The translations under genes were made by a program, and so were the position numbers. This document shows, one piece after another, positions 1 through 9,902 of a stretch of DNA of 18,470 bases. The DNA comes from Candidatus Methylomirabilia bacterium (GTDB taxonomy: Bacteria > Methylomirabilota > Methylomirabilia > Rokubacteriales > CSP1-6). Position 1 is the stretch's first letter; each line of letters opens with the position of its first letter. The notes beneath the pieces were generated by a model, which saw only the letters and a program-made list of their open reading frames with translations, did no database searches and had not been told where the DNA came from. The stretch spans positions 1 through 18,470 of the forward strand of contig JBGPXN010000087.1 of the NCBI GenBank assembly GCA_041492755.1. The letters run 5' to 3'.

Positions 1-9
1 CCGCACCCG

Positions 10-130
10 CTCGCCCGAACGCAGCCCTGCGGGCTGCGCACGGGACGAGGGGGGCCCACTCCGCCGGCCCCACGGGACTCTCCCCTGCGCCACCCGCCCG
101 GCTTCCCGCTCGTCGCGCAGGAATGATCCG
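10..130. repeat. GC-rich multi-hairpin intergenic element (REP/MITE-like), probably truncated by the window edge
   Basis: Perfect stem cgcagccc-tgc-gggctgcg (20-38), extended by ctcgcccg/cgggacgag (10-17/41-49). Second stem ggggcc...ggcccc (51-56/66-71). Lies just downstream of the GNAT stop; no credible protein. Multi-copy status cannot be seen in this window. Confidence 0.4.
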
Positions 131-131
131 G

Positions 132-689
132 TTAGCTCGCGGGTGCTTGCGCGGGGTCGCGGGCCGCGAACTCCAGCTCGACGACACCGGAATCGAGGCG
201 GCGGCTCCGGACGTCCGTGAATCGCGTCAAGAGATCGAGCATGCGGCGGTTGTCGGCGAGCACCCACGCCCGGAAGCGCGTGATGCCGCGCGCGCTCGCC
301 GCGCGGAGCAGATCGCCGAGCAGCATCGTGCCGAGCCCGAGCTCCTGCCAGCCGTCCTGCACCACGAAGGCGACCTCGGCGGCGTGCGGGTCCTCGGTGG
401 GCTCGTAGCGGGCGACCGCGACGATCTCGTGGCCGCCGCTGTCCGCCGGCTCGGCGACGAGCGCCAGGCGCCTCTGGTAGTCCACGGTCGCGAGCAATGT
501 CGCCCAGTCCGGCGGCAACCGCCGCATGACGGTGAAGAACCGCTGGTACGCGGTGTGGCGGCTGAGGCGGTCATACATGCTCACCAACCGCGGGGCGTCG
601 TCGGCGCGGATGGGACGCACGCGCACGCGCGCGCCATTCTTCAGCGTGGCGTCGTGTTCGAGCTCCGTCGGGTACGCCGCCAGGGTCAT
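132..689 (-). CDS. GNAT-family N-acetyltransferase, stand-alone homologue of the GNAT domain of Pat/PatZ protein lysine acetyltransferases (185 aa)
   Basis: LKNGARVRVRPIRADD, LSRHTAYQRFF, VDYQRRLALVA, VAVARY, AEVAFVVQDGWQELGLG (acetyl-CoA motif A variant), VLADNRRML. ATG at 689 preferred over the ORF-track start at 1004, whose extension overlaps the divergent promoter. Confidence 0.9.
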   Translation of the reverse strand: MTLAAYPTELEHDATLKNGARVRVRPIRADDAPRLVSMYDRLSRHTAYQRFFTVMRRLPPDWATLLATVDYQRRLALVAEPADSGGHEIVAVARYEPTEDPHAAEVAFVVQDGWQELGLGTMLLGDLLRAASARGITRFRAWVLADNRRMLDLLTRFTDVRSRRLDSGVVELEFAARDPAQAPAS

Positions 690-877
690 CAGGTCTTCCG
701 CTCCGCCGCGACGGCAGTATGACAGCGCGCCGGTGTCACGGCGAAGGGCGACGGGTCTCGGGGCGCTTGAAGCGGCGGATGTGATTCGACACCGCCTGGC
801 CCCGCGAGGGCGACGGGTGCGGCGGAGACGCCCCGCCACTGGCCCCATCTGAGGCGCCCATACACCGGCGCCGGCCC

Positions 878-890
878 CAAGTTGTTGATT
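878..890 (-). promoter_or_regulatory. IHF binding site
   Basis: Minus strand reads AATCAACAACTTG, an exact match to WATCAANNNNTTR, 16 bp upstream of a sigma-54 promoter in an otherwise GC-rich region. Confidence 0.75.
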
Positions 891-906
891 TGCTGGTTCT
901 TGGCGG

Positions 907-922
907 TGGCACCGCGCGTGCA
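907..922 (+). promoter_or_regulatory. sigma-54 (RpoN) -24/-12 promoter for the cytochrome c-ackA operon
   Basis: TGGCAC-CGCGC-GTGCA: GG-N10-GC spacing, close to TGGCAC-N5-TTGCW; adjacent IHF site; about 95 bp upstream of the first gene. Confidence 0.75.
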
Positions 923-1017
923 TTTCCTCACGCGCCGAGTGTCGAGAAAGTTCTTCCGGCCGTCGAAGATTGTGCGCGGTAGATAGTACCGGCGTTGCTC
1001 GCAAGAGGAGGACGGAC

Positions 1018-1362
1018 GTGGCGAAGGGACGATGGCTGATGATACGACTGGTCGGTGTCTGGACAATCGCGGTGGTCGCGACGACGCTCGCGTGTGCCGG
1101 CGCTCAGGAGCGCATCGACCTCGCGCAGCGCGGAGAGCGCTTGTTCACCGTGCAGGGTTGCTATGGCTGCCACATGGTCGGGAAGTTCGGAACGCCGATC
1201 GGCCCCGACCTGTCCCACGTGGGGTTCAAGTACAGCGCGGCGTATCTGCGAGGGTGGTTGCGGGACCCGCAGATGCAGCGCCCGTCCGCGCACATGCCCA
1301 AGCTCGAGCTGGAGCCAACCGAGGTGGAAGCGCTCGCCGCCTACCTCGCGTCCTTGCGATGA
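1018..1362 (+). CDS. monohaem class I cytochrome c, probable lipoprotein
   Basis: CYGCH haem motif, GPDLSHVG, distal Met in AHMP. Signal peptide ending in lipobox-like TLAC. SD (GAGGAGG) before GTG 1018; alternative ATG at 1039. Confidence 0.88.
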   Translation: MAKGRWLMIRLVGVWTIAVVATTLACAGAQERIDLAQRGERLFTVQGCYGCHMVGKFGTPIGPDLSHVGFKYSAAYLRGWLRDPQMQRPSAHMPKLELEPTEVEALAAYLASLR

Positions 1363-2576
1363 TCGTTCTCGTGGTCAACTGCGGCAGCTCGTCCGTCAAG
1401 TTCCAGGTGCTGGACGTGACGGATGCCGCCGACGCGGCGCCGCGCCGGCTGGCGCGTGGCGCGGTGGACCGGATCGGCGGCCACGCTGCGGTCAGGCTCG
1501 AGACCACGAGCGGCCAGACGTTCTGCGCGACCGAGGACGTCGCGGATCACCGGGCGGCGGTCGAGCGCGCGCTCGCCTGGGCGCGCGCCACCGGCCTGCT
1601 CGGTCGCATCGAGGCGGTGGGCCACCGGGTGGTCCACGGGGGCGATCGCTTCGAGGGGCCGGCCGTGCTGAACGACGACGCCGTCAAGGCGATCGAAGCG
1701 CTCGCCCCGCTGGCGCCGCTTCACAACACACCGAGTCTGGCCGGCATCGAGGCGTGTCGCTCCGTGTTCGGCCCCGACATGCCGATGGTCGGGGTCTTCG
1801 ACACCGCGTTCCACGCGCCGCTGCCCGAAGTCGCGCGCCGCTACGCGATCCCGTCGGAGCTGGCCGACCGTCATCGCATTCGCCGCTACGGCTTTCACGG
1901 CACCTCCTACCGCTCGGTGCTCGCCAGCTACGCCCGGCTCACGGGCGGACCCGTCGAGGCGGCCCGTCTCGTCGTCCTGCACCTGGGCAGCGGTTGCTCG
2001 GCCGCCGCCATCGCGCACGGCCGGTCCGTGGACACGTCGATGGGGCTGACGCCGCTCGAAGGCCTCGTGATGGGCACGCGCTCGGGCGACATCGACCCCG
2101 GCATCATCGGCTATCTGCAACGACAGACGGGCGTTCGCCTGGAGGAAATCGAGCGCTGGCTCCAGGAGGGCTCCGGACTCCTCGGGCTGTCCGGTCGCAG
2201 CGCGAACGTGACGGACTTGCTCGCGGCCGAGGCGGGCGATCCAGCGGCCCGGCTCGCCCTCGAGGTGTTCTGCCATCGCGCGCGCAAGTACGTGGGCGCG
2301 TACCTGGCCGTCCTCGGCGGGGCCGACGCCGTGATCTTCACCGGTGGGATCGGTGAGGGCGCACCCGAGATTCGCGCGCGCATTCTCAGCGGCCTGGAGT
2401 GGTTCGGGCTCGCGCTCGACCCGGAGGCGAACGCGCGGGCGACCGGCAAGGCCGCGTGTATCAGTGCGGCGGGCGCCCGCGTCGGCACCTGGATGATTCC
2501 GACGGACGAGGAAGCGGTCATCGCCCGTGACACCGTGGACACGGTGGCGGCGATGCCGGGATGCAGAGCGGCGTGA
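1359..2576 (+). CDS. ackA: acetate/propionate kinase
   Basis: NCGSSSVK, GHRVVHGG, APLHN, VFDTAFH, RRYGFHGTS, DTSMGLTPLEGLVMGTRSGD, FTGGIGE, IPTDEE. ATGA overlap with the cytochrome c stop gives the start at 1359. Confidence 0.95.
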   Translation: MIVLVVNCGSSSVKFQVLDVTDAADAAPRRLARGAVDRIGGHAAVRLETTSGQTFCATEDVADHRAAVERALAWARATGLLGRIEAVGHRVVHGGDRFEGPAVLNDDAVKAIEALAPLAPLHNTPSLAGIEACRSVFGPDMPMVGVFDTAFHAPLPEVARRYAIPSELADRHRIRRYGFHGTSYRSVLASYARLTGGPVEAARLVVLHLGSGCSAAAIAHGRSVDTSMGLTPLEGLVMGTRSGDIDPGIIGYLQRQTGVRLEEIERWLQEGSGLLGLSGRSANVTDLLAAEAGDPAARLALEVFCHRARKYVGAYLAVLGGADAVIFTGGIGEGAPEIRARILSGLEWFGLALDPEANARATGKAACISAAGARVGTWMIPTDEEAVIARDTVDTVAAMPGCRAA

Positions 2577-5023
2577 GCGTGGCGCGGCGCGAGCGCGGGG
2601 TCGTCACGGGCGATCGTGACCGCTGGGCGGCCGGCTACGGCGCCATCCGTCACATGGAGACGACCCGCGTGCGGCTCCAAGAGATGATACTGGGGCTGGG
2701 CGCGGGCGGGATGCGGGGTGACGGCCAGCCGGTCTGGGACGTTCTGGCCGCGGCCGACCGTGTCGCGAATGCCGGCATGTGGCTCGTCGTGCACGAGACC
2801 TACGCGCGCAACGTGTATCTCGACGGCCGCGCGCTCGGTGCCGGGGACTTCAAGCCGAAGCCCGAAGGCCACACCGGTGGCGCGCTGAACATGGTGCCCG
2901 CCTACGTCGGGTACATGCTCGCGAACGCGCTCAGCGGGATCACGCGCTCGTGGGTGATGGGCCAGGGGCATTGCGTCGCCGCGATCGACAGCGTGAACCT
3001 CCTGCTCGGCAACATGACGCCGGCCCACGCGGCCCGATACAGCGTCTCCGACGCCGGGTTGACGCGTTACGTCCGCGACTTCTACTCGTGCCGACTGGGC
3101 GCGGACGGCCGCCAGGACTCGCCGCTCGGCAGCCACGTCAACGTGCACACCGCCGGTGGCCTGGCCGAGGGCGGCTACCTCGGCTGCGTGGAGCTGCAGT
3201 GGGTGCACGCGCCGCTGCCCGGCGAGCGGCTCGTCGCGTTCCTGAGCGACGGCGCGTTCGAGGAGCAGCGGGGGAGCGACTGGGCGCCGCGCTGGTGGCG
3301 ATCGGAGGATTCCGGGCTCGTCGCGCCCATCATGATCGCCAACGGCCGGCGCATCGATCAGCGCACGACGATGGCGCAGCAGGGCGGCGTCGCCTGGCTC
3401 GTGCGCCATCTGCGCTTGAACCACTTCGATCCGTTCGTCTTCGACGGCAAGGACCCCGCGGCCTTCGCGTGGGCGATCCTCGAGATCGAGCGCCGTCTGG
3501 AGGCCGCGGCCGCCGCGGTGAACGCGGGTCGCGGGCGCTACCCGGTGCCGCTGCCGTACGGCATTGCCGTGGCGCCCAAGGGCGCCGGGTTCTACGGCGC
3601 CGGCACGAACCTCGCGCACAACCTGCCGCTCGGCGACAACCCCCACCAGGACGTGACGGCCGCCCGGCGATTCAACGCGAGCGCGCGCCGACTCTGGGTC
3701 GGCGAGAGCGAGCTGCGGGACGCCACCGCCACGCTGCAGCACCACGAGCACGCGTCGCGGCCGCGCGAGCGTGACCACCCGCTCGCGACGCGGCGAGTGC
3801 GGGCGTCCAACGTGCCCGAGCTCTCGTTCCGGCCGGTGCCGGCCGACCGCGCCGATGCGACGAAGCGCAGCGTCTCATGTCCGATGGCGGGCGTCGACGA
3901 CGGCTTCCTGGCCTGGGTGCAAGCCAACGCCGATCTGAGGCCGCGGGTGGGCAACCCGGACGAGATGCGTAGCAATCGCATGCAGCGGACCCTGGACGCG
4001 CTGAAGTTCCGCGTGGCCAACCCGGAGCCCGGCATTCCCGAGGCGGTGAACGGCGCCGTCGTGACCGCGCTCAACGAGGAGGCGGTGGCGTCGGCGGCCC
4101 TCGGCAACAAGGGCGGCATCAACATCGTCGTCACCTACGAGGCGTTCGGCGCGAAGATGCACGGCGTCGTCCGGCAGGAGATCATCGTCGCCGACGAGCA
4201 GCGCGCCGCCGGGCACTCCCCGGGCTGGCTCTCCGTGCCGCTCGTGCTGACCTCGCACACCTGGGAGAACGCGAAGAACGAGCGCTCGCATCAGGATCCC
4301 GCGATGGCCGAGGCCATGCTCGGCGAGCCGACCGACGTCTCGCGTGTGCTCTTTCCCGCCGATCACAACAGCGCGGCGGCCGTGATGGAACAGGTGTACC
4401 GGACGCACGGCCAGATCTGGACGCTGGTCGTCCCGAAGGGCGCCGGCGTCGCCGATCTCTTCACCGCGGACGAGGCGCGCGCGCTGTTCCGCGACGGCGG
4501 CGCGCGCCTGGAGTGGGCGAGCCATCGGCCCGACGCCGCGCGCGTGGTGATCACCGCCGTCGGCGCCTATCAGCTGGCCGAGGCGCTCGCGGCCGGCGCC
4601 CGGCTGCGCGCGCGCGACGTCCCGCACATCCTGGTGTATCTCCTGGAGCCGGGACGCTTCCGTCTTCCGCGCAACGCCCGCGAGGCGCGTCACGCCGTGC
4701 CCGACGCCGTCTGCGCGGCACTCTATCCCGCGTCGGCGCCGATCCGCGTGTTCCTCACGCACACGCGGCCGGCCGCGATCGTCGGATCACTCGCGCCCAC
4801 GGCGCGGGGGAGCGACCCCATCGGCCTCGGCTACGCCAACCACGGAGGCACGCTGGACGTCGCCGGCTTGCTCTTCGTCAATGGCGCGTCGTGGGCGCAC
4901 GCGCTGGCCGCGCTGGCTCCCGCCCTCGGGGTAACGCGCGACTCGCTACTCACCGCCGACGAAATCGGCGCCCTCGAGCATCGACACTCACCCGAGGGCA
5001 TCATCGTTCCCTCGCAAGACTGA
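2561..5023 (+). CDS. ThDP-dependent phosphoketolase-family protein (divergent XFP subgroup)
   Basis: PEGHTGG, MGQGH, LGSH, EGGYLG, ThDP motif variant LSDGAFEE...IANG, NPDEMRSNR, ALNEE, TYEAF, SHTWENAKNERSHQDP; 820 aa; directly after ackA. Alternative GTG at 2573 overlaps the ackA stop. Confidence 0.85.
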   Translation: MQSGVSVARRERGVVTGDRDRWAAGYGAIRHMETTRVRLQEMILGLGAGGMRGDGQPVWDVLAAADRVANAGMWLVVHETYARNVYLDGRALGAGDFKPKPEGHTGGALNMVPAYVGYMLANALSGITRSWVMGQGHCVAAIDSVNLLLGNMTPAHAARYSVSDAGLTRYVRDFYSCRLGADGRQDSPLGSHVNVHTAGGLAEGGYLGCVELQWVHAPLPGERLVAFLSDGAFEEQRGSDWAPRWWRSEDSGLVAPIMIANGRRIDQRTTMAQQGGVAWLVRHLRLNHFDPFVFDGKDPAAFAWAILEIERRLEAAAAAVNAGRGRYPVPLPYGIAVAPKGAGFYGAGTNLAHNLPLGDNPHQDVTAARRFNASARRLWVGESELRDATATLQHHEHASRPRERDHPLATRRVRASNVPELSFRPVPADRADATKRSVSCPMAGVDDGFLAWVQANADLRPRVGNPDEMRSNRMQRTLDALKFRVANPEPGIPEAVNGAVVTALNEEAVASAALGNKGGINIVVTYEAFGAKMHGVVRQEIIVADEQRAAGHSPGWLSVPLVLTSHTWENAKNERSHQDPAMAEAMLGEPTDVSRVLFPADHNSAAAVMEQVYRTHGQIWTLVVPKGAGVADLFTADEARALFRDGGARLEWASHRPDAARVVITAVGAYQLAEALAAGARLRARDVPHILVYLLEPGRFRLPRNAREARHAVPDAVCAALYPASAPIRVFLTHTRPAAIVGSLAPTARGSDPIGLGYANHGGTLDVAGLLFVNGASWAHALAALAPALGVTRDSLLTADEIGALEHRHSPEGIIVPSQD

Positions 5024-5035
5024 CGGAGACCCATC

Positions 5036-5593
5036 ATGGCCACTCGACGTGCGGGCGGACTTGCCGGCGGCAGACAGCGCACCGCCGGGCAACGACGAAC
5101 CGCCAGCGAACGACAGACCGTCAGCGAACGACGGACCGCCCGGCCGACGCCGGCGTTCGCCCGGATTCTCGTCCCGGTGGACTTTTCGTCAGCGTCCACT
5201 GCGGCGTTGGCCACGGCGACCCGCCTGGCGCGTGACCTGGGCGCCGCGCTCGTGCTCCTGCACGTGACGGTCGAAGCCCCGCTCTACTCGGAACCGCCGT
5301 TCTCGGGCCGCCGCATCCGCGACGTGTACCGGGGGGCCGCGGAATGGGCGCGCCGCCGGCTCGACGGGCTCTCCCGGCGGGCGCGCGCGGCCGGGCTCGA
5401 CGTCCGCACGGACGTTCGCGCCGGCGTCCCGCATCGCGAGATCGTCGCTCGGGCGAACGCGGTGCGCGCCGGCCTGATCGTGATGGGCACGCACGGGCGC
5501 GGTGGCGTCGAGCGGAGCCTGCTCGGCAGCGTGGCCGATCGCGTGGTCCGCACCGCGCCGTGCCCGGTGCTCACCGTCCGCGGCCGCCGGTGA
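5036..5593 (+). CDS. universal stress protein (UspA family) with a repetitive basic N-terminal extension
   Basis: RILVPVDFS, LVLLHV, LIVMGTHGRGGVERSLLGSVADRVVRTAPCPVLTV (ATP-binding USP motif); GGAG SD upstream. Confidence 0.93.
   Translation: MATRRAGGLAGGRQRTAGQRRTASERQTVSERRTARPTPAFARILVPVDFSSASTAALATATRLARDLGAALVLLHVTVEAPLYSEPPFSGRRIRDVYRGAAEWARRRLDGLSRRARAAGLDVRTDVRAGVPHREIVARANAVRAGLIVMGTHGRGGVERSLLGSVADRVVRTAPCPVLTVRGRR
5081..5140 (+). repeat. 18-bp imperfect coding tandem repeat, about 3.3 copies
   Basis: accgccgggcaacgacga / accgccagcgaacgacag / accgtcagcgaacgacgg / accgcc, encoding TAGQRR-TASERQ-TVSERR-TA. Confidence 0.8.
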
Positions 5594-5603
5594 GCGTCCG
5601 CGC

Positions 5604-7730
5604 GTGAGCGACGGCGCCGATCGTCGGTCGCTCACCGCGTTCTTCGCCCCGCGCAGCGTCGCGGTCATCGGCGCCTCCCGCGACCCCGCGAAGGTCGGCG
5701 GCAGTGTGCTCGCCAATCTTCGGGCTGGCGGCTTCCCCGGCCGTATCGTGGCCGTCAACGAGCGCGCGGACAGCGTCCAGGGCCTGCCGGCCGTTCCGTC
5801 GTTGCGGGCGGCGGAGGGACCAATCGACCTCGCGGTGGTGACGGTGCCGGCGCCCGGTGTGCTCGCCGTGCTCGACGACTGCGCGGCGGCCGGCGTCGGG
5901 GGCGTGATCGTGATCTCGGCCGGGTTCCGCGAGTCGGGCGCGGACGGGGCAGAGCGGGAACGTGCGCTGCGCGACTGGCTGAGGGGGAGGCGATTCCGGC
6001 TGCTCGGTCCGAATTGCCTGGGATGGATTCGCCCGGCGCGGCGACTCAACGCCACGTTTGCGCCGGGGATGCCGTTGCCGGGCGGCATCGCCTTCGTTTC
6101 GCACTCGGGCGCGCTCGCGGTGGCCATCCTCGACTGGTCACGCGAGCGGCGCATCGGCTTCTCGCTCTTTGCGAGCCTCGGCAATCAGGCCGACGTGACC
6201 GAGGCCGACGTGCTGAGCGCGGCCGCGGCCGATGACGAGACGCGCGTGATCGTCGCGTACCTGGAAGGCGTGGCGAGCGGCAGCGCCTTCGTCGCCGCGC
6301 TGGGCGAAGCGGCGAGTCGCAAGCCGGTGGTGGTGTTGAAAGCCGGTAGATCGGCGGAAGGCGCCCGCGCCGTCGCCTCGCACACCGGCGCGCTGGCCGG
6401 ATCGGACGAGGCGTTCGATGCGGCCGTCCGGCGGGCCGGCGCCGTGCGGGCGCGGAGTATCGAAGAGCTCTTCGACCTCGCGCGCGGACTGGCCACGCAG
6501 CCGCTGCCGCGCGGTCGCCGCCTGCTCGTCCTGACCAACGGAGGCGGGCTTGGGATCGTCGCGACTGACGCCGCGCGGGCCGCCGGCTTGACCGTCGCTC
6601 CGCCCCCGCCCGACGTCGGTCGCGCGCTCCAGGCCGTGCTGCCGCCGATGGCGAGCCTGCGCAACCCGATCGACCTGATCGGTGATGCCGGCGCCGAGCG
6701 CTATGGCAGCGCGCTGCACGCGGTCGGCGACGGCCGGGCCGCCGACGCGACGCTCGTGGTGTTGACGGCGCAAGCGGCTACCGACGCCGTCGGCGTCGCG
6801 CGCGCCGTGGTCGGCGCGACGCGAGACTGGACGACGCCCGTCACCGCGGCGTTCGTCGGCGGCGCGCGGGTGGCGGCCGGCACCACCGCGCTCGAGGAGG
6901 CCGGCATTCCGTGCTACCCGTTTCCGGAGCGCGCCGTCGGCGTGCTCGCGGGGATGGCCATGGTCGCCGAGCGCCGCCGCGAGCGCGTGCCGCCGCCAGC
7001 CCCCGTCGACACCGGCCGGCGCGAGCGCGCGCTGCGCTCGCTGGGCCGCCCGGGCGTGGTCGGCGCCCATCTCGACCTGCTGGATCTGCAGCCCGTCTTC
7101 GCCGAGTACGGCGTGCCGGTGGCGCGGGCGCACGTGGCCCGGACACCGGTGGAAGCGGGCGCGCGCGCCTCGGACATCGGGTTTCCGGTTGCCCTCAAGC
7201 TGCGGTCGCCGGACATCACGCACAAGACCGACGTCGGCGGAGTCCGACTCGGTCTGACCTCGGCGTCCGCCGTCGCGGAGGCCGCGGAGGCGATGCTCGC
7301 GCACGTCGGGGCCACGCGTCCGGACGCGCGGCTCGACGGCGTGCTGGTGCAGGCGATGGTGGCTTCGGGGCAAGAGCTGCTGGTCGGGGCTCACGAGGAC
7401 GCGCAGTTCGGCTGCCTCGTCGTGGTCGGCGCCGGCGGCATCGACGTCGAGGTTCTCCGGGATACGGCGACCCGGCTGGCCCCCGTCACGCCCCACGAAG
7501 CCGCCACGATGCTGGACGAGCTGCGCCTCGCGCCGCTGCTGCGCGGCACGCGCGGCCGGCCACCGGCCGATCTTGCCGCGCTGACGCGCATCGTGGCGGC
7601 CTTCTCCACGCTCGCCATCGAGCTGCCCGAGCTGGCGGAGATCGAGATCAATCCGCTCGTCGCGGGCGCGAAGGGCGCCGTCGCGCTCGACGCACGGGCC
7701 GTCTTGGCCGCGACGCCGTCGACTCGCTGA
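5604..7730 (+). CDS. acetate--CoA ligase (ADP-forming) family, fused alpha/beta subunits, no GNAT domain
   Basis: FAPRSVAVIGAS (CoA-binding), GPNCLG, SHSGA, SLGNQADV, AVASHTGALAG (phospho-His retained), TNGGGLG, NPIDLIGDA, ATP-grasp ALKLRSPDITHKTDVGGV and EIEINPL. GTG at 5604 chosen as start. Confidence 0.9.
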   Translation: MSDGADRRSLTAFFAPRSVAVIGASRDPAKVGGSVLANLRAGGFPGRIVAVNERADSVQGLPAVPSLRAAEGPIDLAVVTVPAPGVLAVLDDCAAAGVGGVIVISAGFRESGADGAERERALRDWLRGRRFRLLGPNCLGWIRPARRLNATFAPGMPLPGGIAFVSHSGALAVAILDWSRERRIGFSLFASLGNQADVTEADVLSAAAADDETRVIVAYLEGVASGSAFVAALGEAASRKPVVVLKAGRSAEGARAVASHTGALAGSDEAFDAAVRRAGAVRARSIEELFDLARGLATQPLPRGRRLLVLTNGGGLGIVATDAARAAGLTVAPPPPDVGRALQAVLPPMASLRNPIDLIGDAGAERYGSALHAVGDGRAADATLVVLTAQAATDAVGVARAVVGATRDWTTPVTAAFVGGARVAAGTTALEEAGIPCYPFPERAVGVLAGMAMVAERRRERVPPPAPVDTGRRERALRSLGRPGVVGAHLDLLDLQPVFAEYGVPVARAHVARTPVEAGARASDIGFPVALKLRSPDITHKTDVGGVRLGLTSASAVAEAAEAMLAHVGATRPDARLDGVLVQAMVASGQELLVGAHEDAQFGCLVVVGAGGIDVEVLRDTATRLAPVTPHEAATMLDELRLAPLLRGTRGRPPADLAALTRIVAAFSTLAIELPELAEIEINPLVAGAKGAVALDARAVLAATPSTR

Positions 7731-7735
7731 GCCGT

Positions 7736-7759
7736 CGCGGGCGCCCCGGGCGCCTCGCG
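7736..7759. terminator. GC-rich hairpin between convergent genes, possible terminator
   Basis: cgcg-ggcgcc-ccg-ggcgcc-t-cgcg immediately after the ligase stop; no U-tract. Confidence 0.3.
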
Positions 7760-7803
7760 GTGTTCAGCGGAGGCCGGAACCGTTCAGCAGGGGCGCGCGC
7801 CGT

Positions 7804-9192
<1,389 letters not shown>

Positions 9193-9290
9193 CGCGCCGC
9201 CCCGGTTTCGGCGGGGGCCAACGTTACGTAGGCCCTGGTGACGTCGGCGGCGGACGTTGGAGAGAGCAGCCGGATGGTAAGCACCGACCG

Positions 9291-9296
9291 ATTATA
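9291..9296 (-). promoter_or_regulatory. sigma-70-type -10 element (TATAAT) upstream of the regulator
   Basis: Perfect TATAAT on the minus strand, about 100 bp upstream of the regulator ATG in GC-rich DNA; no clear -35. Confidence 0.55.
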
Positions 9297-9436
9297 CGCA
9301 ACGGGTCTACGCCGCCGGCATGGGGGAGGCTGAAGGACGCGGAACGTCGGCCGACGCCTTCCCGGGCTTGACGAGGGGCCGACGGATGCCCAATGCTCTC
9401 GCCCTGCGTCGTGACCGACCACGAGAGGAGTGAGTC

Positions 9437-9862
9437 ATGGGCCGCTGGGACCCTGGCCGCATCGTGCGCTACCCCGATCCCGCCGTGCAGGTGCTCGATC
9501 CGCGCTTCACCCGCTATCGGCTCGCCAACGCGGCGGTGGAGCGTCTCGCCACCGGCCTGCGCTGGGCCGAGGGCCCGGTGTGGTTCGGGGACGGACACTA
9601 TGTGCTGTGCAGCGACATTCCGAACGACCGCATCGTGCGCTGGACGGAAGATGGCAATGTCTGGTCCGCCGCCGGCGGGGGCGGAGAAGGGTTCGACGGC
9701 GTGCACGTCTTCGCGCCCGACGGTACCCGCATCGGCCAGATCCTGCTGCCCGAGAAGTGCGCCAACATCTTCGGCGGGACCAAGCGCAACCGGCTCTTCA
9801 TGGCGGCCAGCCAGTCGATCTACGCCCTCTACGTCGAAGCCCAGGGCGTCCCCGGCGGATAG
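9437..9862 (+). pseudogene. SMP-30/gluconolactonase family gene with a large in-frame internal deletion (141 aa)
   Basis: N-terminal RYPDP...WAEGPVWFGDG...SDIPNDRIVRW is joined directly to C-terminal DGNVW...DGVHVFAPDG...LPEKCAN...NRLFMAASQSIYALYV. The central blades, including the PND and PNG metal-binding motifs, are absent. Strong SD (GAGGAG). Confidence 0.8.
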
Positions 9863-9902
9863 TGAACCGAAGCCCCGCGGAGACCGGGCGAAGGAGTCAC
9901 GG

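Noticed and set aside
1032..1358. 514-aa ORF suggesting an N-terminally extended acetate kinase
   Set aside because: The extension overlaps the cytochrome c gene in another frame; AckA homology starts at ATG 1359.
9368..9397. TTGACG...AATGCT as a promoter for the gluconolactonase operon
   Set aside because: Good -35, but weak -10 and an 18-bp spacer; not enough to call.
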